Assembly (NCBI GenBank): GCA_964016885.1
Contig: OZ024745.1
Location: 42,284,001-42,348,000 of the forward strand
Origin: Eledone cirrhosa
Lineage: Eukaryota
Direction: 5' to 3'
DNA length: 64,000 nt
Part shown: positions 13,101 to 26,220 of the stretch, one piece after another
How positions within the stretch are numbered: position 1 is the first letter of the stretch
Layout: each line of letters starts with the position of its first letter
Notes under the pieces: generated by a model
Told to the model about the DNA's origin: nothing
Database searches by the model: none
What the model saw: only the letters and a program-made list of their open reading frames with translations
Program-made: the position numbers and the translations under genes

Positions 13101-16100
13101 CTGGCTTCTGTGAACTATAGTCCCACCTTATTGCAGATGACTAGATTAACGCAATAGAATGCAGAGTGACTCCTGGCTTCAGTGAACTATAGTCTCACAT
13201 TATTGCAGATGACTAGAAGACTAGGCAATAGAATGCAGAGTGACTCCTGGCTTCTGTGAACTGTAGTATAACCATTGTTGCAGATGACTAGATGACTAGG
13301 CAATAGATTGCAGAGTGACTCCGGGTTCAGTGAAGTATAGTCTCAGCTTATTGCAGATGACTAGATGACTAGGCAATAGAATGCAGAGTGACTCCTGGCT
13401 ACGGTGAACTATAGTCTCACCTTATTGCAGATGACTAGATGACTAGGCAATAGAATACAGAGGGACTCCTGGCTTCAGTGAACTATAGTCTCACCTTATT
13501 GCAGATGACTAGATGACTAGGCAATAGAATGCAGTGACTCCTGGATTCAGTGAAGTATAGTCTAAACATTGTTGCAGATGACTAGATGACTAGGCAATAG
13601 ATGGCAGAGTGACTCCTGGCTTCAGTGCACTATAGGCTCACCTTATTGCAGATGACTAGATGACTAGGCAATAGAATGCAGTGTGACTCCTGGCTTCAGT
13701 GAACTATAGTCTCACATTATTGCAGAAGACTAGATGACTAGGCAAAAGAATGCAGAGTGACTCCTGGCTTCAGTGAACTATAGTCTCACCTTATTGCAGA
13801 TGACTAGAAGACTAGGCAATAGAATGCAAAGTGACTCCTGGCTTTTGTGAACTGTAGTCTAACCATTGTTGCAGATGATTAGATGACTAGGCAATAGAAT
13901 GCAGAGTGACTCCTGGCTTCGTTGAAGTATAGTCTAACCATTGTTGCAGATGACTTGATGACTAGGCAATACAATGCAGAGTGACTCCTGGCTTCAGGGA
14001 AGTATAGTCTCACCTTATTGCAGATGACTAGATGATTAGGCAATAGAATGCAGAGTGACTCCTGGCTTCTGTGAACTATAGTGTCACCTTATTGCAGATG
14101 ACTAGATGACTAGGCAATAGAATGCAGAGTGACTCCTGGCTTCAGTGAAGTATAGTCTAACCATTGTTGCGATAGAAGTATAGTCTAACCATTGTTGCAG
14201 ATGACTAGATGGCTAGGCAATAGAATGCAGAGTGACTAGGCAATAGAATGCAGAATGACTCCTGTCTTCTGTGAACTATAGTCCCACCTTATTGCAGATG
14301 ACTAGATTAACGCAATAGAATGCAGAGTGACTCCTGGCTTCAGTGAACTATAGTCTCACCTTATTGCAGATGACTAGATGACTAAGCAAAAGAATGCAGA
14401 GTGACTGCTGGCTTCAGTGAACTATAGTCTCACATTATTGCAGAAGACTAGATGACTAGGCAAAAGAATGCAGAGTGACTCCTGGCTTCAGTGAACTATA
14501 GTCTCACCTTATTGCAGATGACTAGAAGACTAGGCAATAGAATGCAGAGTGACTCCTGGCTTCTGTGAACTGTAGTATAACCATTGTTGCAGATGACTAG
14601 ATGACTAGGCAATAGATTGCAGAGTGACTCCGGGTTCAGTGAAGTATAGTCTCACCTTATTGCAGATGACTAGATGACTAGGCAATAGAATGCAGAGTGA
14701 CTCCTGGCTACGGTGAACTATAGGCTCACCTTATTGCAGATGACTAGATGACTAGGCAATAGAATGCAGAGTGACTCCTGGCTTCTGTGAACTATAGTCT
14801 CACATTATTGCAGATGACTAGATGACTAGGCAATAGAATGCAGTGACTCCTGGCTTCAGTGAAGTATAGTCTAAACATTGTTTCAGATGACTAAATGACT
14901 AGGCAATAGAATGCAGAATGACTCCTGGCTTCTGTGAACTATATTCCCACCTTATTGCAGATGACTAGATTACTACGCAATAGAATGCAGAGTGACTCCA
15001 GGCTTCAGTGAACTATAGTCTCACATTATTGCAGATGACTAGAAGACTAGGCAATAGAATGCAGAGTGACTCCTGGCTTCTGTGAACTGTAGTATAATCA
15101 TTGTTGCAGATGACTAGATGACTAGGCAATAGATTCCAGAGTGACTCCGGGTTCAGTGAACTATAGTCTCACCTTATTTCAGATGACTAGATGACTAGGC
15201 AATAGAATGCAGAGTGATTCCTGGCTTCAGTGAACTATAGGCTCACCTTATTGCAGATGACTAGATGACTAGGCAATAGAATGCAGAGTGACTCCTGGCT
15301 TCTGTGAACTATAGTCTCACCTTATTGCAGATGAATAGATGACTAGGCAATAGAACGCAGAGTGACTCCTGGCTTCAGTGAAGTATAGTCTAACCATGGT
15401 TGCAGATGACTAGATGACTAGGCAATAGATTGCAGAGTGACTCCTGGCTTCTGTGAACTATAGTCTCACCTTATTGCAGATGACTAGATGACTAGGCAAT
15501 AGAATGCAGAGTGACTGCTGGCTTCAGTGAAGTATAGTCTAACCATTGTTGCAGATGACTAGATGACTAGGCAATAGAATGCAGAGTGACTCCTGGCTTC
15601 AGTGAACTATAGGCTCACCTTATTGCAGATGACTAGATGACTAAGCAAAAGAATGCAGAGTGACTGCTGGCTTCAGTGAACTATAGTCTCACCTTATTGC
15701 AGATGACTAGATGACTAGGCAATAGAATACAGAGGGACTCCTGGCTTCATTGAACTATAGTCGCAGCTTATTGCGGATGACTAGATGACTAGGCAATAGA
15801 ATGCAGAGTGACTCATGACTTCAGTGAACTATAGTCTCACCTTATTGCAGATGACTAGATGACTAGGCAAAAAAATGCAGAGTGACTCCGGGTTTCAATG
15901 AACTATAGTTTCACCTTATTGCAGATGACTAGATGACTAGGCAATAGAATGCAGTGACTCCTGGATTCAGTGAAGTATAGTCTAAACATTGTTGCAGATG
16001 ACTAGATGACTAGGCAATAGATTGCAGAGTGACTCCTGGCTTCAGTGCACTATAGGCTCACCTTATTGCAGATGACTAGATGACTAGGCAATAGAATGCA

Positions 16101-16950
16101 GTGTGACTCCTGGCTTCAGTGAACTATAGTCTCACCTTATTGCAGAAGACTAGATGACTAGGCAAAAGAATGCAGAGTGACTCCTGGCTTCAGTGAACTA
16201 TAGTCTCACCTTATTGCAGATGACTAGAAGACTAGGCAATAGAATGCAAAGTGACTCTTGGCTTTTGTGAACTGTAGTCTAACCATTGTTGCAGATGATT
16301 AGATGACTAGGCAATAGAATGCAGAGTGACTCCTGGCTTCGTTGAAGTATAGTCTAACCATTGTTGCAGATGACTTGATGACTAGGCAATACAATGCAGA
16401 GTGACTCCTGGCTTCAGGGAAGTATAGTCTCACCTTATTGCAGATGACTAGATGATTAGGCAATAGAATGCAGAGTGACTCCTGGCTTCAGTGAACTATA
16501 GTGTCACCTTATTGCAGATGACTAGATGACTAGGCAATAGAAGGCAGAGTGACTCCTGGCTTTAGTGAAGTATAGTCTAACCATTGTTGCGATAGAAGTA
16601 TAGTCTAACCATTGTTGCAGATGACTAGATGGCTAGGCAATAGAATGCAGAGTGACTAGGCAATAGAATGCAGAATGACTCCTGGCTTCTGTGAACTATA
16701 GTCCCACCTTATTGCAGATGACTAGAAGACTAGGCAATAGAATGCAGAGTGACTCCTGGCTTCTGTGAACTGTAGTATAACCATTGTTGCAGATGACTAG
16801 ATGACTAGGCAATAGATTGCAGAGTGACTCCGGGTTCAGTGAAGTATAGTCTCACCTTATTGCAGATGACTAGATGACTAGGAAATAGAATGCAGAGTGA
16901 CTCCTGGCTACGGTGAACTATAGTCTCACCTTATTGCAGATGACTAGATG
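10200..16950. repeat. Irregular HOR domain: four copies of a GTGCAC...mini-monomer module, with overlapping 3040-bp and 3558-bp offset duplications
   Basis: GTGCAC occurs at 10585, 12487, 13625 and 16045 (and at 6900). CCTGTCTTC lies at 11221 and 14261 (offset 3040). CCATGGTTG lies at 11836 and 15394 and the A7 run at 12311 and 15869 (offset 3558). Confidence 0.85.
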
Positions 16951-18529
16951 ACTAGGCAATAGAATGCAGAGGGACTCCTGGCTTCAGTGAACTATAGTCT
17001 CACCTTATTGCAGCTGACTAGATGACTAGGCAATAGAATGCAGAATGACTCCTTGCTTCAGTGAAGTATAGTCTAACCATTGTTGCAGATGACTAGATGG
17101 CTAGGCAATAGAATGCAGAGTGACTCCTGGCTTCTGTGAACTATAGTCTCACCTTATTGCAGATGACTAGATGACTAGGCAATAGAATGCAGAGTGACTC
17201 CTGGCTTCAGTGGAGTATAGTCTAACCATCTTTGCAGATGACTAGATGACTAGGCAATAGAATGCAGAGTGACTCCTGGCTTCAGTGAACTATAGGCTCA
17301 CCTTATTGCAGATGAGTAGATGACTAAGCAAAAGAATGCAGAGTGACTGCTGGCTTCAGTGAACTATAGACTCACCTTATTGCAGATGATTAGATGACTA
17401 GGCAAAAGAATGCAGAGTGACTCCGGGTTTCAATGAACTATAGTCTCACCTTATTGCAGATGACTAGATGACTAGGCAATAGAATGCAGAGTGACTCCGG
17501 GCTTCAGTGAACTATAGTCTCACATTATTGCAGATGACTAGAAGACTAGGCAATAGAATGCAGAGTGACTCCTGGCTTCTGTGTACTGTAGTCTAACCAT
17601 TGTTGCAGATGACTAGATGACTAGGCAATAGAATGCAGAGTGACTACTGGCTTCAGTGAAGTATAGTCTAACCTTTGTTGCAGATGACTAGATGACTAGG
17701 CAATAGAATGCAGAGTGACTCCTGGCTTCAGTGAACTATAGTCTCACCTTATTGTAGATGACTAGATGACTAGGCAATAGAATGCAGAGTGATTCCTGGC
17801 TTCAGTGAAGTATAGTCTAACCATTGTTGCAGATGAATAGATGACTAGGCAATAGAAGGCAGAGGGACTCCTGGCTTCAGTGAACTATAGTCTCACCTTA
17901 TTGCAGATGACTAGATGACTAGGCAATAGAATGCAGAGTGACTCCTGGCTTCGGTAAAGTATAGTCTAACCTTTGTTGCAGATGACTAGATGACTAGGCA
18001 ATAGAATGCAGAGTGACTCCTGGCTTCAGTGAACTATAGTCTCACCTTATTGCAGATGACTAGATGACTAGGCAATAGAATGCAGAGTGACTCCTGGCTT
18101 CAGTGAAGTATAGTCTAACCATTGTTGCAGATGACTAGATGACTAGGCAATAGAATGCAGTGACTCCTGGCTTCAGTGAAGTATAGTCTAACCATTGTTG
18201 CAGATGACTAGATGACTAGGCAATAGAATGCAGAATGACTCCTGGCTTCAGTGAACTATAGTCTCAACTTATTGCAGATGACTAGATGACTAGGCAATAG
18301 AATGGGGAGTGACTCCTGGATTCTGTGAACTGTAGTCTAATCATTGTTGCAGATGACTAGATGACTAGGCAATAGAATGCAGAATGACTCCTGGCTTCTG
18401 TGAACTATATTCCCACCTTATTGCAGATGACTAGATTACTACGCAATAGAATGCAGAGTGACTCCAGGCTTCAGTGAACTATAGTCTCACATTATTGCAG
18501 ATGACTAGAAGACTAAGCAAAAGAATGCA

Positions 18530-21500
18530 GAGTGACTCCTGGCTTCAGTGAAGTATAGTCTAACCATTGTTGCAGATGACTAGATGACTAGGCAATAGAA
18601 TGCAGAGTGACTCCTGGCTTCAGTGAACTATAGGCTCACCTTATTGCAGATGACTAGATGACTAAGCAAAAGAATGCAGAGTGACTGCTGGCTTCAGTGA
18701 ACTATAGCCTCACCTTATTGCAGATGACTAGATGACTAGGCAATAGAATACAGAGGGACTCCTGGCTTCAGTGAACTATAGTCTCAGCTTATTGCGGATG
18801 ACTAGATGACTAGGCAATAGAATGCAGAGTGACTCCTGACTTCAGTGAACTATAGTCTCACCTTATTGCAGATGACTAGATGTCTAGGCAAAAGAATGCA
18901 GAGTGAGTCCGGGTTTCAATGAACTATAGTCTCACCTTATTGCAGATGACTAGATGACTAGGCAATAGAATGCAGAGTGACTCCTGGCTTCAGTGAACTA
19001 TAGTCTCACCTTATTGCAGATGACTATATTACTAGGCAATAGAATGCAGAGTGACTCCTGGCTTCTGTGAACTATAGTCTCACCTTATTGCAGATGACTA
19101 GATGACTAGGCAATAGAATGCAGAGTGACTCCTGGCTTCAGTGAAGTATAGTCTAACCATTGTTGCAGATGACTAGACGACTAGGCAATAGAATGCAGAG
19201 TGACTCCTGGCTTCAGTGAACTATAGTCTCACCTTATTGCAGATGACTAGATGACTAGGCAAAAGAATGCAGAGTGACTCCGGGTTTCAATGAACTATAG
19301 TCTCACCTTATTGCAGATGACTAGATGACTAGGCAATAGAATGCAGTGACTCCTGGCTTCAGTGAAGTATAGTCTAACCATTGTTGCAGATGACTAGATG
19401 ACTAGGCAATAGATTGCAGAGTGACTCCGGGTTTCAGTGAACTATAGTCTCACCTTATTGCAGATGACTAGATGACAAGGATATAGAATGCAGAGTAACT
19501 CCTGGTTTCAGTGAACTATAGTCTAACCATTGTTGCAGATGACTAGAATACTAGGCAATAGAATGCAGAGTGACTCCTGGCTTCTGTGAACTGTAGTCTA
19601 ACCATTGTTGCAGATGACTAGATGACTAGGCAATAGATTGCAGAGTGACTCCGGGTTCAGTGAAGTCTAGTCTCACCTTATTGCAGATGACTAGATGACT
19701 AGGCAATAGAATGCAGAGTGACTCCTGGCTTCAGTGAACTATAGTCTCACCTTATTGCAGATGACTAGATGACTAGGCAATAGAATGCAGAGGGACTCCT
19801 GGCTTCAGTGAACTATAGTCTCACCTTATTGCAGATGCCTAGATGACTAGGCAATAGAATGCAGAGTGACTCCTTGCTTCAGTGAAGTATAGTCTAACCA
19901 TTGTTGCAAATGACTAGATGGCTAGGCAATAGAATGTAGAGTGACTCCTGGATTCTGAGAACTATAGTCTCACCTTATTGCAGATGACTAGATGACTAGG
20001 CAATAGAATGCAGAGTGACTCCTGGCTTCAGTGAAGTATAGACTAACCATTGTTGCAGATGACTAGATGACTAGGCAATAGAATGCAGAGTGACTCCTGG
20101 CTTCAGTGAACTATAGGCTCACCTTATTGCAGATGACTAGATGACTAAGCAAAATAATGCAGAGTGACTGCTGGCTTCAGTGAACTATAGTCTCACCTTA
20201 TTGCAGATGACTAGATGACTAGGCAATAGAATACAGAGGGACTCCTGGCTTCAGTGAACTATAGTCTCAGCTTATTGCGGATGACTAGATGACTAGGCAA
20301 TAGAATGCAGAGTGACTCCTGACTTCAGTGAACTATAGTCTCACCTTATTGCAGATGACTAGATGACTAGGCAATAGAATGCAGAGTGACTCCTGGCTTC
20401 TGTGAACTATAGTCTCACCTTATTGCAGATGACTAGATGACTGGGCAATAGAATACAGTGACTCCTGGCTTCAGTGAAGTATAGTCTAACCATTATTGCA
20501 GATGACTAGATGACTAGGCAATAGATTGCAGAGTGACTCCGGGTTTCAGTGAACTATAGTCTCACCTTATTGCAGATGACTAGATGACTAGGCAATAGAA
20601 TGCAGAGTGACTCCTGGCTTCTGTGAACTATAGTCTCACCTTATTGCAGATGACTAGATTACTACGCAATAGAATGCAGAGTGACTCCTGGCTTCAGTGA
20701 ACTATAGTCTCACATTATTGCAGATGACTAGAAGACTAGGCAATAGAATGCAGAGTGACTCCTGGCTTCTGTGAACTGTAGTCTAACCATTGTTGCAGAT
20801 GACTAGATAACTAGGCAATAGATTGCAGAGTGACTCCGGGTTCAGTGAAGTATAGTCTCACCTTATTGCAGATGACTAGATGACTAGGCAATAGAATGCA
20901 GAGTGACTCCTGGCTTCAGTGAACTATAGTCTCACCTTAGTGCAGATGACTAGATGACTAGGCAATAGAATGCAGAGTGACTCCTGGCTTCAGTGAACTA
21001 TAGTCTCACCTTAGTGCAGATGACTAGATGACTAGGCAATAGAATGCAGAGTGACTCCTGGCTTCTGTGAACTGTAGTCTAACCATTGTTGCAGATGACT
21101 AGATAACTAGGCAATAGATTGCAGAGTGACTCCGGGTTCAGTGAAGTATAGTCTCACCTTATTGCAGATGACTAGATGACTAGGCAATATAATGCAGAGT
21201 GACTCCTGGCTTCAGTGAACTATAGTCTCACCTTAGTGCAGATGACTAGATGACTAGGCAATAGAATGCAGAGGGACTCCTGGCTTCAGTGAACTATAGT
21301 CTCACCTTATTGCAGATGACTAGATGACTAGGCAATAGAATGCAGAGTGACTCCTGGCTTCGGTGAAGTATAGTCTAACCTTTGTTGCAGATGACTAGAT
21401 GACTAGGCAATAGAATGCAGAGTGACTCCTGGCTTCAGTGAACTATAGTCTCACCTTATTGCAGATGACTAGATGACTAGGCAATAGAATGCAGAGGGAC

Positions 21501-24500
21501 TCCTGGCTTCAGTGAACTATAGTCTCACCTTATTGCAGATGACTAGATGACTAGGCAATAGAATGCAGAGTGACTCCTGGCTTCGGTTAAGTATAGTCTA
21601 ACCTTTGTTGCAGATGACTAGATGACTAGTCAATAGAATGTAGAGTGACTCCTGGCTTCAGTGAACTATAGTCTCACCTTATTGCAGATGACTATATGAC
21701 TAGGCAATAGAATGCAGAGTGACTCCTGACTTCAGTGAACTATAGTCTCACCTTATTGCAGATGACTAGATGACTAGGCAAAAGAATGCAGCGTGACTCC
21801 GGGTTTCAATGAACTATAGTCTCACCTTATTGCAGATGACTAGATGACTAGGCAATAGAATGCAGTGACTCCTGGCTTCAGTGAAGTATAGTCTAACCAT
21901 TGTTGCAGATGACTAGATGACTAGGCAATAGATTGCAGAGTGATTCCGGGTTTCAGTGAACTATAGTCTAACCATTGTTGCAGATGATTAGATGACTAGG
22001 CAATAGAATGCAGAGTGACTCCTGGCTTCTGTGAACTATAGTCTCACCTTATTGCAGATGACTAGATTACTACGCAATAGAATGCAGAGTGACTCCTGGC
22101 TTCAGTGAACTATAGTCTCACATTATTGCAGATGACTAGAAGACTAGGCAATAGAATGCAGAGTGACTCCTGGCTTCTGTGAACTGTAGTCTAACCATTG
22201 TTGCAGATGACTAGATGACTAGGCAATAGATTGCTGAGTGACTCCGGGTTCAGTGAAGTATAGTCTCACCTTATTGCAGATGACTAGATGACTAGGCACT
22301 AGAATGCAGAGTGACTCCTGGCTTCAGTGAACTATAGTCTCACCTTATTGCAGATGACTAGATGACTAGGCAATAGAATGCAGAGGGACTCCTGGCTTCA
22401 GTGAACTATAGTCTAACCATTGTTTCAGATGACTAGATGACTAGGCAATAGAATGCAGAATGACTCCTGGCTTCTGTGAACTATAGTCCCACCTTATTGC
22501 AGATGACTAGATTAACGCAATAGAATGCAGAGTGACTCTTGGCTTCAATGAACTATAGTCTCACCTTATTGCAGATGACTAGATGACTAGGCAATAGAAT
22601 GCAGAGTGACTCCTTGCTTCAGTGAAGTATAGTCTAACCATTGTTGCAAATGACTAGATGGCTAGGCAATAGAATGTAGAGTGACTCCTGGATTCTGTGA
22701 ACTATAGTCTCACCTTATTGCAGATGACTAGATGACTAGGCAATAGAATGCAGAGTGACTCCTGGCTTCAGTGAAGTATAGACTAACCATTGTTGCAGAT
22801 GACTAGATGACTAGGCAATAGAATGCAGAGTGACTCCTGGCTTCAGTGAACTATAGGCTCACCTTATTGCAGATGACTAGATGACTAAGCAAAAGAATGC
22901 AGAGTGACTGCTGGCTTCAGTGAACTATAGCCTCACCTTATTGCAGATGACTAGATGACTAGGCAATAGAATACAGAGGGACTCCTGGCTTCAGTGAACT
23001 ATAGTCTCAGCTTATTGCGGATGACTAGATGACTAGGCAATAGAATGCAGAGTGACTCCTGACTTCAGTGAACTATAGTCTCACCTTATTGCAGATGACT
23101 AGATGTCTAGGCAAAAGAATGAAGAGTGACTCCGGGTTTCAATGAACTATAGTCTCACCTTATTGCAGATGACTAGATGACTAGGCAATAGAATGCAGAG
23201 TGACTCCTGGCTTCAGTGAACTATAGTCTCACCTTATTGCAGATGACTATATTACTAGGCAATAGAATGCAGAGTGACTCCTGGCTTCTGTGAACTATAG
23301 TCTCACCTTATTGCAGATGACTAGATGACTAGGCAATAGAATGCAGAGTGACTCCTGGCTTCAGTGAAGTATAGTCTAACCATTGTTGCAGATGACTAGA
23401 CGACTAGGCAATAGAATGCAGAGTGACTCCTGGCTTCAGTGAACTATAGTCTCACCTTATTGCAGATGACTAGATGACTAGGCAAAAGAATGCAGAGTGA
23501 CTCCGGGTTTCAATGAACTATAGTCTCACCTTATTGCAGATGACTAGATGACTAGGCAATAGAATGCAGTGACTCCTGGCTTCAGTGAAGTATAGTCTAA
23601 CCATTGTTGCAGATGACTAGATGACTAGGCAATAGATTGCAGAGTGACTCCGGGTTTCAGTGAACTATAGTCTCACCTTATTGCAGATGACTAGATGACA
23701 AGGCAATAGAATGCAGAGTAACTCCTGGTTTCAGTGAACTATAGTCTAAACATTGTTGCAGATGACTAGATGACTAGGCAATAGAATGCAGAGTGACTCC
23801 TGGCTTCTGTGAACTATAGTCTCACCTTATTGCAGATGACTAGATTACTACGCAATAGAATGCAGAGTGATTCCTGGCTTCAGTGAACTATAGTCTCACA
23901 TTATTGCAGATGACTAGAAGACTAGGCAATAGAATGCAGAGTGACTCCTGGCTTCTGTGAACTGTAGTCTAACCATTGTTGCAGATGACTAGATGACTAG
24001 GCAATAGATTGCTGAGTGACTCCGGGTTCAGTGAAGTATAGTCTCACCTTATTGCAGATGACTAGATGACTAGGCAATAGAATGCAGAGTGACTCCTGGC
24101 TTCAGTGAACTATAGTCTCACCTTATTGCAGATGACTAGATGACTAGGCAATAGAATGCAGAGGGACTCCTGGCTTCAGTGAACTATAGTCTAACCATTG
24201 TTTCAGATGACTAGATGACTAGGCAATAGAATGCAGAATGACTCCTGGCTTCTGTGAACTATAGTCCCACCTTATTGCAGATGACTAGATTAACGCAATA
24301 GAATGCAGAGTGACTCTTGGCTTCAGTGAACTATAGTCTCACATTATTGCAGATGACTAGAATACTAGGCAATAGAATGCAGAGTGACTCCTGGCTTCTG
24401 TGAACTGTAGTCTAACCATTGTTGCAGATGACTAGATGACTAGGCAATAGATTGCAGAGTGACTCCGGGTTCAGTGAAGTCTAGTCTCACCTTATTGCAG

Positions 24501-26220
24501 ATGACTAGATGACTAGGCAATAGAATGCAGAGTGACTCCTGGCTTCAGTGAACTATAGTCTCACCTTATTGCAGATGACTAGATGACTAGGCAATAGAAT
24601 GCAGAGGGACTCCTGGCTTCAGTGTACTATAGTCTCACCTTATTGCAGATGCCTAGATGACTAGGCAATAGAATGCAGAGTGACTCCTTGCTTCAGTGAA
24701 GTATAGTCTAACCATTGTTGCAAATGACTAGATGGCTAGGCAATAGAATGTAGAGTGACTCCTGGATTCTGAGAACTATAGTCTCACCTTATTGCAGATG
24801 ACTAGATGACTAGGCAATAGAATGCAGAGTGACTCCTGGCTTCAGTGAAGTATAGACTAACCATTGTTGCAGATGACTAGATGACTAGGCAATAGAATGC
24901 AGAGTGACTCCTGGCTTCAGTGAACTATAGGCTCACCTTATTGCAGATGACTAGATGACTAAGCAAGATAATGCAGAGTGACTGCTGGCTTCAGTGAACC
25001 ATAGTCTCACCTTATTGCAGATGACTAGATGACTAGGCAATAGAATACAGAGGGACTCCTGGCTTCAGTGAACTATAGTCTCAGCTTATTGCGGATGACT
25101 AGATGACTAGGCAATAGAATGCAGAGTGACTCCTGACTTCAGTGAACTATAGTCTCACCTTATTGCAGATGACTAGATGTCTAGGCAAAAGAATGCAGAG
25201 TGACTCCGGGTTTCAATGAACTATAGTCTCACCTTATTGCAGATGACTAGATGACTGGGCAATAGAATACAGTGACTCCTGGCTTCAGTGAAGTATAGTC
25301 TAACCATTATTGCAGATGACTAGATGACTAGGCAATAGATTGCAGAGTGACTCCGGGTTTCAGTGAACTATAGTCTCACCTTATTGCAGATGACTAGATG
25401 ACTAGGCAATAGAATGCAGAGTGACTCCTGGCTTCTGTGAACTATAGTCTCACCTTATTGCAGATGACTAGATTACTACGCAATAGAATGCAGAGTGACT
25501 CCTGGCTTCAGTGAACTATAGTCTCACATTATTGCAGATGACTAGAAGACTAGGCAATAGAATGCAGAGTGACTCCTGGCTTCTGTGAACTGTAGTCTAA
25601 CCATTGTTGCAGATGACTAGATGACTAGGCAATAGATTGCAGAGTGACTCCGGGTTCAGTGAAGTATAGTCTCACCTTATTGCAGATGACTAGATGACTA
25701 GGCAATATAATGCAGAGTGACTCCTGGCTTCAGTGAACTATAGTCTCACCTTAGTGCAGATGACTAGATGACTAGGCAATAGAATGCAGAGGGACTCCTG
25801 GCTTCAGTGAACTATAGTCTCACCTTATTGCAGATGACTAGATGACTAGGCAATAGAATGCAGAGTGACTCCTGGCTTCGGTGAAGTATAGTCTAACCTT
25901 TGTTGCAGATGACTAGATGACTAGGCAATAGAATGCAGAGTGACTCCTGGCTTCAGTGAACTATAGTCTCACCTTATTGCAGATGACTAGATGACTAGGC
26001 AATAGAATGCAGAGGGACTCCTGGCTTCAGTGAACTATAGTCTCACCTTATTGCAGATGACTAGATGACTAGGCAATAGAATGCAGAGTGACTCCTGGCT
26101 TCGGTTAAGTATAGTCTAACCTTTGTTGCAGATGACTAGATGACTAGTCAATAGAATGTAGAGTGACTCCTGGCTTCAGTGAACTATAGTCTCACCTTAT
26201 TGCAGATGACTATATGACTA
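18530..26220. repeat. Segmental duplications inside the array (offsets 4223 and 4814 bp)
   Basis: Offset 4223: TATAGCCTC (marker G at 18707 and 22930) and GACTATATT (19022 and 23245). Offset 4814: GATGCCTAG (19834 and 24648), followed by shared CTGGGCAATAGAATACAG and CATTATTG. Confidence 0.8.
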
